In this document: positions 22,378 through 33,724 of the stretch, piece by piece | How positions within the stretch are numbered: position 1 is the stretch's first letter | How the letters are laid out: every line of letters starts with the position of its first letter | NCBI RefSeq assembly: GCF_026571515.1 | Contig: NW_026858783.1 | Location: 124,001 to 181,201 of the forward strand | DNA: 57,201 nucleotides | Direction of reading: 5' to 3' | From: Ruditapes philippinarum | Taxonomy: Eukaryota | Made by a program: the position numbers and the translations under genes | The notes under the pieces: model-generated | Told to the model about the DNA's origin: nothing | Seen by the model: only the letters and a program-made list of their open reading frames with translations | The model's database searches: none

Positions 22378-22887
22378 CTTGTTCTTCTGCCAGTTGCTGC
22401 GCCATGTCCGCTTGTTGTTGTATGGGTGTCACAGGCGGTGGTGTAGGAGCCCTATCCGGAGGTGTAGGAGCCCTTGGTGTGGGTGTAGGTGGCGTAGCCA
22501 GAGGTGTAGGAGCCCTTGGTGTGGGTGTAGGTGCTCTTTGCATGGATATAGGTGGCATAGTCGTGGGTGTAGGAACCTTTTGCATTGGTGTAGGTCCCCT
22601 TATCGGGTGTGTTGGTGCTATTGTCATGGGTGAAGGAAATATTGCTGTAGGTGTATGTGACGTAGGAGGAATCGGAGGTGCCCTTGGCGTGGGTGAAGGG
22701 GGCTCAGTCGGGGGTATAGGCGCTCCTGGCGTAGATGAATGTGGCCTAGGTGGTAGTGTACCAACCGAAGACATTATTGGTGTGGTTGTCCTTGGTATAG
22801 TTGGCCGCCTGTTACGTAGCGACGATTGGTCATGATCCTTAAGTCTGACAGGTACTTTCGTCTTTTGAGTCGATCGCCTTATATTCT
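22378..22887 (-). CDS. TM-Pro-rich-CARD protein, coding exon 2 (basic juxtamembrane segment + Pro/Thr heptad repeats)
   Basis: attcag acceptor, G/gtaaga donor, 510 bp, phase 1 to 1, fully open. ~21-bp / 7-aa repeats (TPRAPTP). GC-rich against AT-rich introns. Confidence 0.88.
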
Positions 22888-24009
22888 CTGAATATAAATA
22901 AATAAAAATATTTTGGTTAAAAAAACCTTTTCATTTTATTCCTCTCAGAATATTTTTATTGTCAAGAACACGAGAACCGAAAACTCCGAAAACCAGAATC
23001 AATTTTTTCCCAATAAGTTCATACAAAGTATCCTCTAAAAACCGGAACCTCTGAAATCCGAAAACCGGACGGTTTTCTATGGCTACTTATGTATTCTGCG
23101 TATGCTTCATATTTGGGATGGGCGTTTAGATACGGGTTCTTACACAGATTACGGACACAATGGTTGTTAAACAATAAATCATGTATTGTGTCAACAGGCT
23201 AATTTTTGGCGTATTAGTACTTTCGACACAAGCGATTTTATGAGTGTTAAGACCATGTTATGTTACAGTTTAGCATCATGGCACATAAGTATGAGGAACC
23301 CGAAGTATAAAATGTATATACAGGCTGTCAAGTGGTCCCACACCATAAAATAGGAAAAAAGTAGGAACACGTTTTGCCAAAAAGTAGGAAAATAGTAGAA
23401 AAAAGTAATAACATTTACCATAAAAAGTAGGAATATTTAGCTGTCTTACCTAATTAAATACTAAATGATTTGTATTCTTTGATTTAATTAACCTAACAAT
23501 TGCATACTGATTACATGGTCAATGCACACAATTTATCAATCGACGAAAATTTCGTGAGATGCACACAGTAAGATGTGATTAGATATGATTTGTTTCTAAT
23601 GAAATAATTATACTGACCTTTATAGCGCAATAGAGTAAACTTCCGGTTTATAATTTTTTAATGTCCTATTTGTCTTTAGTTCCCTTTTTTAAGTTATAAA
23701 TATTTTCAACATTAATGAAACTATGATTTTTGTTTTTGGATTTTTTAGTATTTTTTGCACTCACTTATTTATATAAAGGCTATATTCTTTTGAATAACAT
23801 GATTAAAGAACTAATATTCAGAGTTCATTCTGAATTGAAATCAATAAATATCTTTTCAGTGCTGTAAAAGACTATGCAAAACGAAATAAATCAGTGTTTC
23901 TAAGTTGTAGACAATTTTGAAAGCACTTAAATTTTATTATAATTATACTTCATGTAGCAATTTTCAAGCTTTACTGGTTGCGTGAGACCTAAAATACCCC
24001 AACTGGTAT

Positions 24010-24168
24010 TGCTTTAGGCACCTGAGTAGCATCACTGACGTTCTGTAAGCTAGCTGGATAGATTCATTACATAAAGCAAATATTAAATCTTAACATCCTT
24101 ATTGGGTTTCGAACCCATAACGTAGTGTTTGATGTCAACGGCCATAATGACTTGGCCACGGATGTCCC
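24010..24168 (-). mobile_element. Degenerate tRNA-derived SINE
   Basis: Minus strand shows A-box-like gtggccaagtca, B-box ggttcgaaaccc and body tatccagctagcttacagaacgtcagtgatgctactcaggtgcc; related to 51775-51985. Confidence 0.55.
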
Positions 24169-24217
24169 TTACTGTCAAACTTATTCACATAAATATATAA
24201 AAATAGATTCACTTTAC

Positions 24218-24314
24218 CGTTTGGAAAACATTTCGCGCATGCTATAACAAATCCGGCAAAAGCGACGAGAAAAGCAATAATAAAGCCAAATGTTTGCGTG
24301 TCTACCAAATCCAT
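24218..24314 (-). CDS. TM-Pro-rich-CARD protein, coding exon 1 (signal-anchor transmembrane helix, CxxC)
   Basis: Exon 24218-24327 with ttcttttgcag acceptor, accATGG Kozak context and G/gtaaag donor (phase 1). Encodes MDLVDTQTFGFIIAFLVAFAGFVIACAKCFPN. Confidence 0.8.
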
Positions 24315-25942
24315 GGTTTCTGTGGATCTGCAAAAGAAAGATACCATCATAAACTTTAATTCATAAAAGCAAATGCACCTTATTTAATCATATTGCAATT
24401 ATGCGGTTCCTTTAGCCAAGATATTATTGACAAGTTTATCATTTTCAGGTAATGGCTTTACTCCAATTCCCCTATAAAGGTGTCATTATTGTTTGCTTTT
24501 CTTGCGATCCCTATTGCTCATCAAATACAAACTTGATTATCATTACTTGTGTTATTTTCCTTTTATTTTCTTACAAATTTATATAATAAACGTCTTGATT
24601 TGTGAAGTTTTTTTAAAAAAAAAATAGAATACTGATTAGCTTAATATATAGTATATAAATACATTTTAAGGATCCATTTACATAGTAAAAAAGCATAAAT
24701 GATGAAAACAGAAATAAAACCTATTGTTTTTAAACCAGAATTTTAAAAATAAACAAAACAAAAAACTTTTTTATGCATGTGATAAACATTTGATGTTCTA
24801 AATATATTTGACTCTATAGGTCAGGGTGAAATTTGTATCGTCTGTAATTTTTGTCCTAGGTGTTTGTTTAGTATGAAATAAGTCATCTCCTTTCAAGGAA
24901 AAGTACGTCAATATCAGGAGAAATCAATGATATCAAATTACACTATTATCACTCATTATTTAAGTCATAGGTCTTTTTGTCAAATATAATTCAAATTTTT
25001 CATCTATTGACAAAGTGATTGCCATTTGATAATCAAAGTTCAAAAATAGTACGCTGATTTTCAATGTCAATTTAAACCCAATGTCATCGTTTGCAGTATT
25101 GTTTTATGCTTAGTATTGTTTTGTCAAATTATGAATGACATATAATCATAGATAACAAAATTATTGCTGCATTCACAAAATATCAGTAAGGTCTAGGTCA
25201 TATATAAGTCATGACTCAGCTTAAAGCATTTTAAGGAATTTTCAAAGGGCTATAAGTATTCCGATTTACAAAATAGTTATAGCTATTTTAGCTAAATTCC
25301 ATGCAATGACTTTGAACATCAAGGTCACATATGAGTCAAGGTCTAATTCCTTACAATATAAAGGTATACTGCCTGATATTTCCTCCTTACAAGCTTTGTA
25401 AAAAAGTTAATGCACAGTTATAGCAAATAGCATAAAAAAAATAATTTGACTATAAAAGTGAAGGCATATAAACTTTAAGGTATAATTCCACTCAATATTA
25501 TTGTTAGTCCAAGTAAAGATGAAATACGCCCGTAATATACCAAGTTACAGCAATATAAGCAAAGTCAAGTATAATACAAAATACTAATAAGCAGATGTAT
25601 TTAGCCTTTAAGTGACTTATTATCTGAACGTCTTCATGAATTTTATTACATATCGATGTGCGATTGGTTAGGGGTTACGTATATCTCAACTATATTGAAA
25701 GCTATCGTAAACCCATAAAAGTAGAAACATAAAAATTTAACCTTGTAATCAAAATTGTCGAATCAGCATATCTTTAAACAAGATACTATTCAAAAGATCA
25801 AAAGCACAAAATGTTACCGTAATTATGTTTTAAATAAGTTTTATTTTAACACAATCTGTTTAAATTTAAACAAAACACAACAACAAAATCCAGTAGAGGT
25901 TTCAATCTATTCACATTTTAAAGGGGGAAAAACAACAAAACA

Positions 25943-27083
25943 AAATAATAGGGCCATGATGGCCTTGAGTCGGTCACCAGAAACAACTGCTTTTCAGTGT
26001 TGGAAATTTTGGGGTATTTATTTAAGCGTTAGCTTAAACGATCAAATTAATATAAGCAAACTTAATAAAATACTACCTTAGAATGCTACAAACAAAGTTT
26101 GGTGATCATCCAACAATTATTTCAGTAGGAAATGATGTTTTTTTCTATTTTTAAATTAAGCGGCCGCTAAAAGGGGAAAATCAAATTAATATGAGCACAC
26201 TTCATAAAATATTAGGAATGCTACAAACAAAATTTGGTAATCATCCATCCATTAGTTCTGTAGAAGGAGATGTTTAAATGTACTTCTATTTTTAGCTTTA
26301 GCGGCCCCTAAAAGGTGACAATCAAATATGAGCAAACTTGATAAAAAAAATCCCAAGAATGCTACAGACAAAGTTTGGTGATCATTCATCAATCTTTTCA
26401 GAAGGAAATGATGTTCAAAATAGCTAAAGAAGATTGTTCCATTTTTAGCTTTAATGGACACTTAAAGGGGCCAATCAAAAATAATATTAAAAAAACTTGA
26501 TACAAGTGTATCTTTAAATGCTACAGACAAAGTTTGGAGATCATTTATAAATTAGTTCTGAAGAAGGAGACATTTCAATGTATTCCTATATTTGGCTTTA
26601 GCGGCCCCTAATAGAGGCCAATCAAATAAATATGAGCAAACTTGATAAACGACTAACCAAGAATGTTACAGACAAAAAAGTTTGGTGATCACCCATTAAT
26701 TATTTCTGAAGGAAATGATGTTCCAAGTTTTTTTTTCTTTCTATTTTTAGCTTGTCGGCTCTTAAAAGGGGCTAATCAAATTTATATGAGCAAATTTGAT
26801 AAAAGACTACCCTTGAATGCTAAAGACACAATTTGGCGAGCATCCATCAATTAGTTCTGTTAAAGGATATGTTTGAAGGTTTTTTCTATTTTTAGCTCTG
26901 TTGACCCCTTAAAAGGCAAATTGAAATGACATGATCAAATTCAAGTGTGATTAGCAGAAAGATGCTACAGACCAAATTTGAAGTATATCTTCTCAGCGAT
27001 TGTTGACTCATGACGACGGACGCCGGAGCATCTACCTTTGACACTAATAGCTCACCCTGAACCTTCGGTTCTGGTGGGCTAAT
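25943..27083 (-). mobile_element. Non-autonomous Helentron/HINE-type element with ~7 internal ~135-160-bp core repeats
   Basis: One end has hairpin agctcaccctgaaccttcggttctggtgggct plus a gacg microsatellite remnant. The other end has palindrome agggccatgatggcct. Core motif atgctacaRacaaa recurs at ~26083, 26218, 26359, 26518, 26663, 26817 and 26962. Confidence 0.8.
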
Positions 27084-27764
27084 AAAGTGCACTTTACTGC
27101 TTGTAAAAATACATGTACATATTAATGTTTATAGATTTGATAAGTCATGAATTCGCAATGTGATTATTGAAGCAAAGGCATTTTAAGTAAATCATGAAAA
27201 TAAATTCCTGATCTTCATTATTTGCCCAGGTAGTTTATGAATCATTTGTTTGTTCGTGACTGATTGCAGTGTCTTATTACCATAATCAATGAACCATTAA
27301 TATCGTCTTTTGATAACCGTTTCATGCAATTTTGCCTTAATTTCTTATATCACCAATATCATACTGACCTTAGAAAAGCTATAATCAGTATGAGTTGTGC
27401 TAATTTCATTAACTTGAATACATCTTTATATTTGTGATTGTTTCGTTAATATATTTATATTTCAAGTTTGATTGAACCCATGCAACAGAATACATTAATT
27501 TAAGATGTAACGCCAACGGTATATATACATAAAAGGCTTTTACAAATTCACCTGATGAAAGAAGACAATTTCGCAAGATATATTAACTAAATCAGTTCAT
27601 GATATAAGAGGTTTTAAACAACCAATGTGTCATGTTACGACTAACATTTTGATTTAACTACCTAGATTTGAGTGATATTCGTTTTGAATAAATAAATCGA
27701 TAATTACATTTCAGAGAATCTTTAAAGAATTTATAAGCTAATGATGCGCTTTGATACAATTGAA

Positions 27765-27826
27765 ACACACACACACACACACGCCCGAGCCCGCCCGCAC
27801 GCACACACATACACGCATGCACATAC
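27765..27826. repeat. (CA)n-type microsatellite
   Basis: acacacacacacacacgccc...gcacacacatacacgcatgcacatac. Confidence 0.85.
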
Positions 27827-27847
27827 AAAGTTAAAGAGACACGAGGG

Positions 27848-28557
27848 ATGATAAAATGAAAAAATGGAGTAAAATGTAAAGTTTACGGTAAATTATGGTT
27901 TAATTAGGTCAATTGTGTAAATCTATTATTACTGACATCTAAATTCAAGAAAGAATGTTGACAAAAGCATCAATATATCGTGTTTCTTCTCTGCATAATA
28001 TACTTCATTATTAACGCAGTAGCATGTATAAATAGAAGATTATTGATTCAACATGGTCACGTGTAACAACAGTGGTTCGGAACATCCCGGTATTCGGTAG
28101 GACGAGGTTGTATATCAATTTACGTCAATTATTAGGCTCTACTCATGTTTCAAGCTTAAAGTTTAAATCGATATATTGGCCATCATATATATTATAAAAT
28201 TAATCAATTATATGTTTAATGCCACAAAATACTATAAATATCAAAACCAAAACAGTTTATTCGTTTCCCTCAATGTTTGATAAAATCCCGGAGTCCGTGC
28301 GTTCCGGATCACTGGTCTACATACTGACATGTACAATCACATGGAACTGAAAAAAACCAACTGAAGGAAGTTCGTACGATAAAAAATGAAGGTATATCCC
28401 GTTGGCGGATAAGCAAACAGTTATCTTCATAATAATGTTAAAATATGAACATTTTGAAGTGTCATTACTATTTCTTAAAATATATATATAAATTTTTCTG
28501 AGGAGGGATTTTTAAATATCATTTTTTCCGTTACCTTCTTGAGTCCTGCTGCTTAAG
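27848..28557 (-). repeat. Inverted duplication, arm 1 (probable first-exon end + 5' part of intron 1 of the CARD gene)
   Basis: The reverse complement aligns colinearly with 39938-40651: aagcagcaggNctcNagaag/gta, cacttcaaaNtgttcatatttt, gtgatccggaacgcacg, acacgatatattgatgctttt. Confidence 0.85.
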
Positions 28558-28599
28558 ACTTATACGGAAATGCAAAACACAACGTTTGCCTATTTTCAT
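28535..28599 (-). other. Probable upstream (first) exon of the CARD gene, 5'UTR or short in-frame N-terminal extension
   Basis: AAG/gtaacg donor at 28533-28534, conserved in the inverted copy. An ATG at 28599 would read in frame (MKIGKRCVLHFRISLKQQDSRRSTET) into the TM exon. CpG-rich sequence lies upstream. Confidence 0.45.
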
Positions 28600-28810
28600 T
28601 AAAGCGCGGGGGAAAATACGTACTATAGGCAAGATGACGTCAGGTGTTAAACTACTACGAGAACGCTGCGCAAACAAAAGTAATTTAAGTTTATTAACAT
28701 CATCGCGGTGCAGCTTCTAACTATTATAGAAACGAAATGATATTTTAATTGACAAATATGACATTATGAACACACGCAACATTTACTTTTTATGCGCACG
28801 CGCAATTAAC
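28600..28810 (-). promoter_or_regulatory. Candidate promoter of the CARD gene (CRE and ISRE-like motifs)
   Basis: Locally CpG-rich; TGACGTCA at 28635-28642, GAAACGAAA at 28729-28737, GGGGGAAAA at ~28608. Short motifs that could occur by chance. Confidence 0.3.
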
Positions 28811-30533
28811 AGTCTACGAGGTATGGTCATTGAATATGGGTCTAAATCTATTTTTGATACTCCGAATATCCAATTAAGACAGTGAATATATGATACTTCA
28901 TCCGGTGAATATGATTTGATAAATATTTCAGTTGACGACTGTTTGGACCAATGAGATTGCAGCTATATTTAGATCATATAATAAGATATAATGTAATACG
29001 TGAATCTATCAGAAATTCTTGTTTGTCACACTTTTCTAAAGTTCCATAGAACAACGAATGTTTTCACGATTCAAAAAATATTTGAAGCCAAGAAAACTTA
29101 TAGTTGGTAAGCAGACAAGAATCTCTGAGATTGCAGTGTAGTAAAATATTCATGGTTCATTATAAACATACTTTAGATATGTTAATGCTTGCTTCAAACA
29201 TACTTCTAACTCACTTTAAACTACATTTCTATAATAAAAACAAATGAAATATGATATTCGCAACACTGGTAGTTTAAACAATAACATCAGATAACACTAA
29301 TCTTACAATGATATTCATGTTTATTTACTATTCACTGAAGAAAAACAAAAGCCATTGTTCAATGCAGTTGAAATAGTAATATTAGTCTATGTATTTCTCA
29401 ATAACAAACGTGTCTATTGTGTCATTGATAAATGATTCAAAATAGTTTACACCATCTAATCAAAATATCAATCTGATCAGTTTAAATGCTTATTATGCTT
29501 AAGACACTAATGTGTTTCTTTTCTTTTGTATAAAGGGCAATAGGTAGTTTTATGGCATGTGAATAATGGTTTTAGGGCATGTTCAAGTGGGAATAGAGCT
29601 GACTGTAACAATCTGTGTCATTTAAGTAGCAAACGGTAAACAAAGTGGTATTTCTGTCTTCCTTACAAAATACCAAATCACTTTTACTGAAATTATTGCA
29701 AAAAAGCAACTAAAGGAAAAGATAATTCATATAAATGGCAAACAATGACCTTTTTGGGAACAACAGGAGTTCATCAAAACATTTTTATTAAAAATAAAAA
29801 TGAAAGCATTTCTTGGGTATATTCGGCTATTCACCTTGTATATCTTTCATATTTGTTGACACACTTTAGTCGTTTATTTGTAGTTTTAGCTGAATTGTAA
29901 TTGGATACTTTATTTATTCTTTCTGTTGACAACGAATAAGGAAAAAAATGTTTCCTTTTATCTGGGACCTAAAATAAACCTATATTTATGTCCCAGTTTT
30001 TATTTACATTTCCGGCACATTTCTTTTTCTTGACATATTCGACAAAGTTATAACAAATCATACGATCTTGCAAAAATATAAACAAGAGATGGTGAAATTT
30101 AAAGCGTTAGCAAAAAAAAAACCAAAGTATTAAAATATAAGAAACAGGTCAAAGCGACACTCCATTTTTCCGATATCACATTTTCACTTGGATTTTAATT
30201 TTTCTGTGAATTATTTATGTTTAGATTATTAACCGGATGAAAATCATATTGATTTCGGCTATTGCCTCGATACTATGACATCTGCGAGTCATTAATTAAA
30301 TAGTAACCATTTGCCTCTAAAATCATGTGTTTGCAAAGTGCTCACATTGAATAAGTAATTTAGCATAAAGAATTCAATATACATTCAATTCAATAATTAT
30401 AATAGACAACATATATCACACAATATATTGCGATAAACTGATTATAATAGGTTATAACTATTGAGCCAGCATAACACGTGTAACACATTGCTATGGAATT
30501 AACATAAAATAGAAAGAAAATAAATGCATTTAA

Positions 30534-31327
30534 GGTATTAGCACCCTAATGCATTACCTCCGCTTTGAAGAGTATTCAAATAGGCTAAAACTACTGTTAA
30601 CTACATTGAAAATGAGGGCCATGGGTTCAATCCCCAGAAGGGTCAACTTTTTTTTCTTTCTTTTTTTTCTTTTAACATTATTTATGTATCTCTCATGTCC
30701 CATTTGGAAAGAAAAAAGTGTTTTATTTTGATTTTTTAATTTATATAGGTATTTATTGGCTAAATTATGCTAAATCTAGTAATAAATATGGTACCTGATA
30801 TTTTCAAAGTGTAATATAATCAAAACTAGACGGTAAAAGTATTTCATATTTTACAAGATCAACCAATATACTTTTCTAAAAATTTAGGGAAACTTTGAAA
30901 ACAGGCACTCATTTGGATAAATTTTAAGAATTTTTTAAATTAGGCTCCCTAAGTAGAAAAATGGTCAGACACGTGGTAAAAATGGGTGGGGTAGGGTAAC
31001 ATTTTTATACAGATTTCATAAATTTTATGTAGAAACCATAATTTTGCTTATTTTGATTGTTAGCTGAATGGTACTATTTGTTTCTTACCAAAAATTAATG
31101 GGAAAACATTTTTCATTAGAATGTTATTGCAGATTATCTAAAGGTTCCTACTTTCTAAAAAAGGGCCCTCATAACATCCTAGCTTGAGTTCAGAAAAGTG
31201 GCCATAACTTGATTTCCGTACGGTAAACTTTGTTTAAATTTTGCATACAGGTGTACTTTAAGGTAAACATCTGACTTATGATGTCAATTTTTTAGTTCCT
31301 GATAGTGCCTATTAGGGTCCTAATACC
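30534..31327. mobile_element. Kolobok-like non-autonomous DNA transposon, TTAA TSD
   Basis: ttaa|ggtattagcaccctaat ... attagggtcctaatacc|ttaa; GG..CC termini with a TTAA duplication. Confidence 0.8.
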
Positions 31328-32334
31328 TTAAAGTATAAATGCTGATTGAAATTAAAGTTTTAATCAGCTATTTTACAATTGAAATCAGGGACCAAGTTCT
31401 TTTCGTCTCTAGATTATTAGTGATATATATTGTAAAAACTACTTGGAACATTACTGAACTATGCATTGATTTATACTCTAAACAATTTTTTATTTTTTTT
31501 GTTTTCCTTTTTTACTTAAATATCAAATCTATTTTTAGGGCACGAAGCTCAGAAAATGTATAGCAGGGTAGTAATTAAAATATATATTCATATATTTTTC
31601 TCCCTAATGTACGAACTGGAATTCATTGAAAATGATAGCTACTGACGGTCGACAGGATAATTTCTGCATGTACAGGGGCGAAACACATACTATTCTTAAC
31701 GGGTGACTATGTGATATTATGCACAGATAAATGATTCATTCTAAATGTGTTATAAATAGTTTGTGCCAGGTTCTGCCCTATATATCTGTTAATGATGTAA
31801 ATTGCATTGTAAAAGGTTTTGGACGAAGAACGATATGAAATAGTTTCGAACATTAAATAAGTTAGCAGCAACAGAAAAACAATGTATGTATATTCAATTA
31901 AATTTTGTAAATGTTCACTTGCCTTTTCTTACTTATACAAATTCCTTATATCATTCGGATTATGACACAAGGGTAAATCAGTGCTTCATGTTCGTATCTC
32001 GGAATTTTCTGGAATTCATCCTAATTTAAACATAATGGTTTGTCTTGCCCTATTCTTCTACTATGGTAAAAAGAAACATTCATTGTATGCCTGTTTCTCT
32101 CATTTGAAATTCAGATATACGCTTCGATAAACAAATATGTGGCTATGGTAATCAAGCTTGTCGTACATTGAAATATAAAACAGGTCATCCAATTGAATCA
32201 TTAACAATCATGTTTTTTTGTTGATGTGCCATGTTCTGATTGACAATCATAGACGCTGCATGTTGCGGACTTTTCATGGTTTTTAGGCTTTAAGCATTAT
32301 ACTCACTTTTAACCTGTCAATATGATTGTCTAAT

Positions 32335-32560
32335 CTGGACACTCCAATTTTGATCAATGTGATTACCTAAGCTGGACACTCCAATATTGGTCAATGTGAT
32401 TACCTTAGCTTGACATTCCAATATTGGTCAATGTGATAACCTTAGCTTGACACTACAATATTGGTCAATGTGATTACCTTAGCTTGACACTCCAATATTG
32501 GTCAATGTGATTACCTTAGCTTGACACTCCAATATTGGTCAATGTGATTGCCTTAGCTGG
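32335..32560. repeat. 37-bp minisatellite, 6 copies
   Basis: Unit gacactccaatattggtcaatgtgattaccttagctt. Confidence 0.95.
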
Positions 32561-33359
32561 GCATCACAGATGTGTTGTTATGGGTTTTAAACCGTGCCTA
32601 TTTTGTTTCCATATATGTTTACATGTACTGTTTAGTTTGTGGCTTAAACACTGAATGAACTTCTGCTGATTAAATGAATTAGCAAAATAAAGTAAAGAAA
32701 ATCTACAACGCGAGCTGATTCAAGGACTTTTTCATTATACTTAACAGTAATAATTTCACTATTCTTATCGCCTTTTACGTTGGCTAGAAAATATCAAACG
32801 TGCAGCATGTAAAAGTAACTATAATCTAACTGATTCTGAAATAACATTAGCTTATAACAAATATACTGAATCATCAACAAAGTAAGAAATACTTCTGTTT
32901 GGAAAGGAGCGGATGCGCGTTTAGTGTTCAAATACGCTAAAATAGATAGCACATTATTCCTTTCGCCCCTTACCATTGCTTCACACAGTATTCAACGTTC
33001 ATTTGAAAAACATTTGAACAATTAAGAAGCTTAACATTTTGAAATTCTATTTATTTCTCTTTGTTGCTTGGAAATTATTGTGTTTTTTTTTTACAAAACA
33101 GATTCACACAGTACAAAAATAAAAGTCGTGCATTTGAATACGCAAGCAATTGTTTTAACTTAATCTTATTAAAATTCATAATGCGCTACAACAACAAAAA
33201 AAAACACTTTAAGATTTCCATTCATTCACATTTAATGGAACCGAACATCACAATAAAAAATAACGGATCTTCCTCGTTGTAAAAGGTCTTAATTATGCTT
33301 ATTAATTTGATGCATAATGAATTGGTAACGCTTTATTTGAAACAATGGTTTTTCAAGTC

Positions 33360-33724
33360 AATTATTATTCCTATTATCACATAAACCGCCGCGCAGGAGT
33401 GTAATAAAGCCATTTAATAAAAATGATATTACACTAGACGATATTACACTAGTGTAATAACACTTTGGCGTGACGTCATTTGCGCTATAAACATAACGTT
33501 AATGTTAGCATTATACTATAGGTGCGTTATTGTTTACAGTTTACCGTTCTTATTTTATATATGTGATAAATAGAATATTATATTCGTGTAGATTTAATAC
33601 TAAAATTATTAAACTCGTTGAATAAAACAATATTATGCTCGACGGAGGCTCGCATAATGTGATTTAATTCAACTTGTTCAATAAATTTAATATTAAACCT
33701 AAACTCATTCAATATCTTCTATGT
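33360..33724. mobile_element. Non-autonomous Crypton-like palindromic element
   Basis: tattatcacata ... tatgtgataaata inverted pair, followed by a long imperfect palindrome (tagaatatt...ttgaataaa...attatgc / gcataat...ttattcaa-like...aatatcttcta). Family by resemblance. Confidence 0.45.

Noticed and set aside
22356-22835. Gly/Val-rich 159-aa plus-strand ORF (looks like an elastin or shell-matrix protein)
   Set aside because: It is the antisense shadow of the Pro-rich exon; splice signals and phase continuity support the minus strand.
32335-32560. CRISPR-like array (37-bp repeats)
   Set aside because: Contiguous tandem copies with no spacers.
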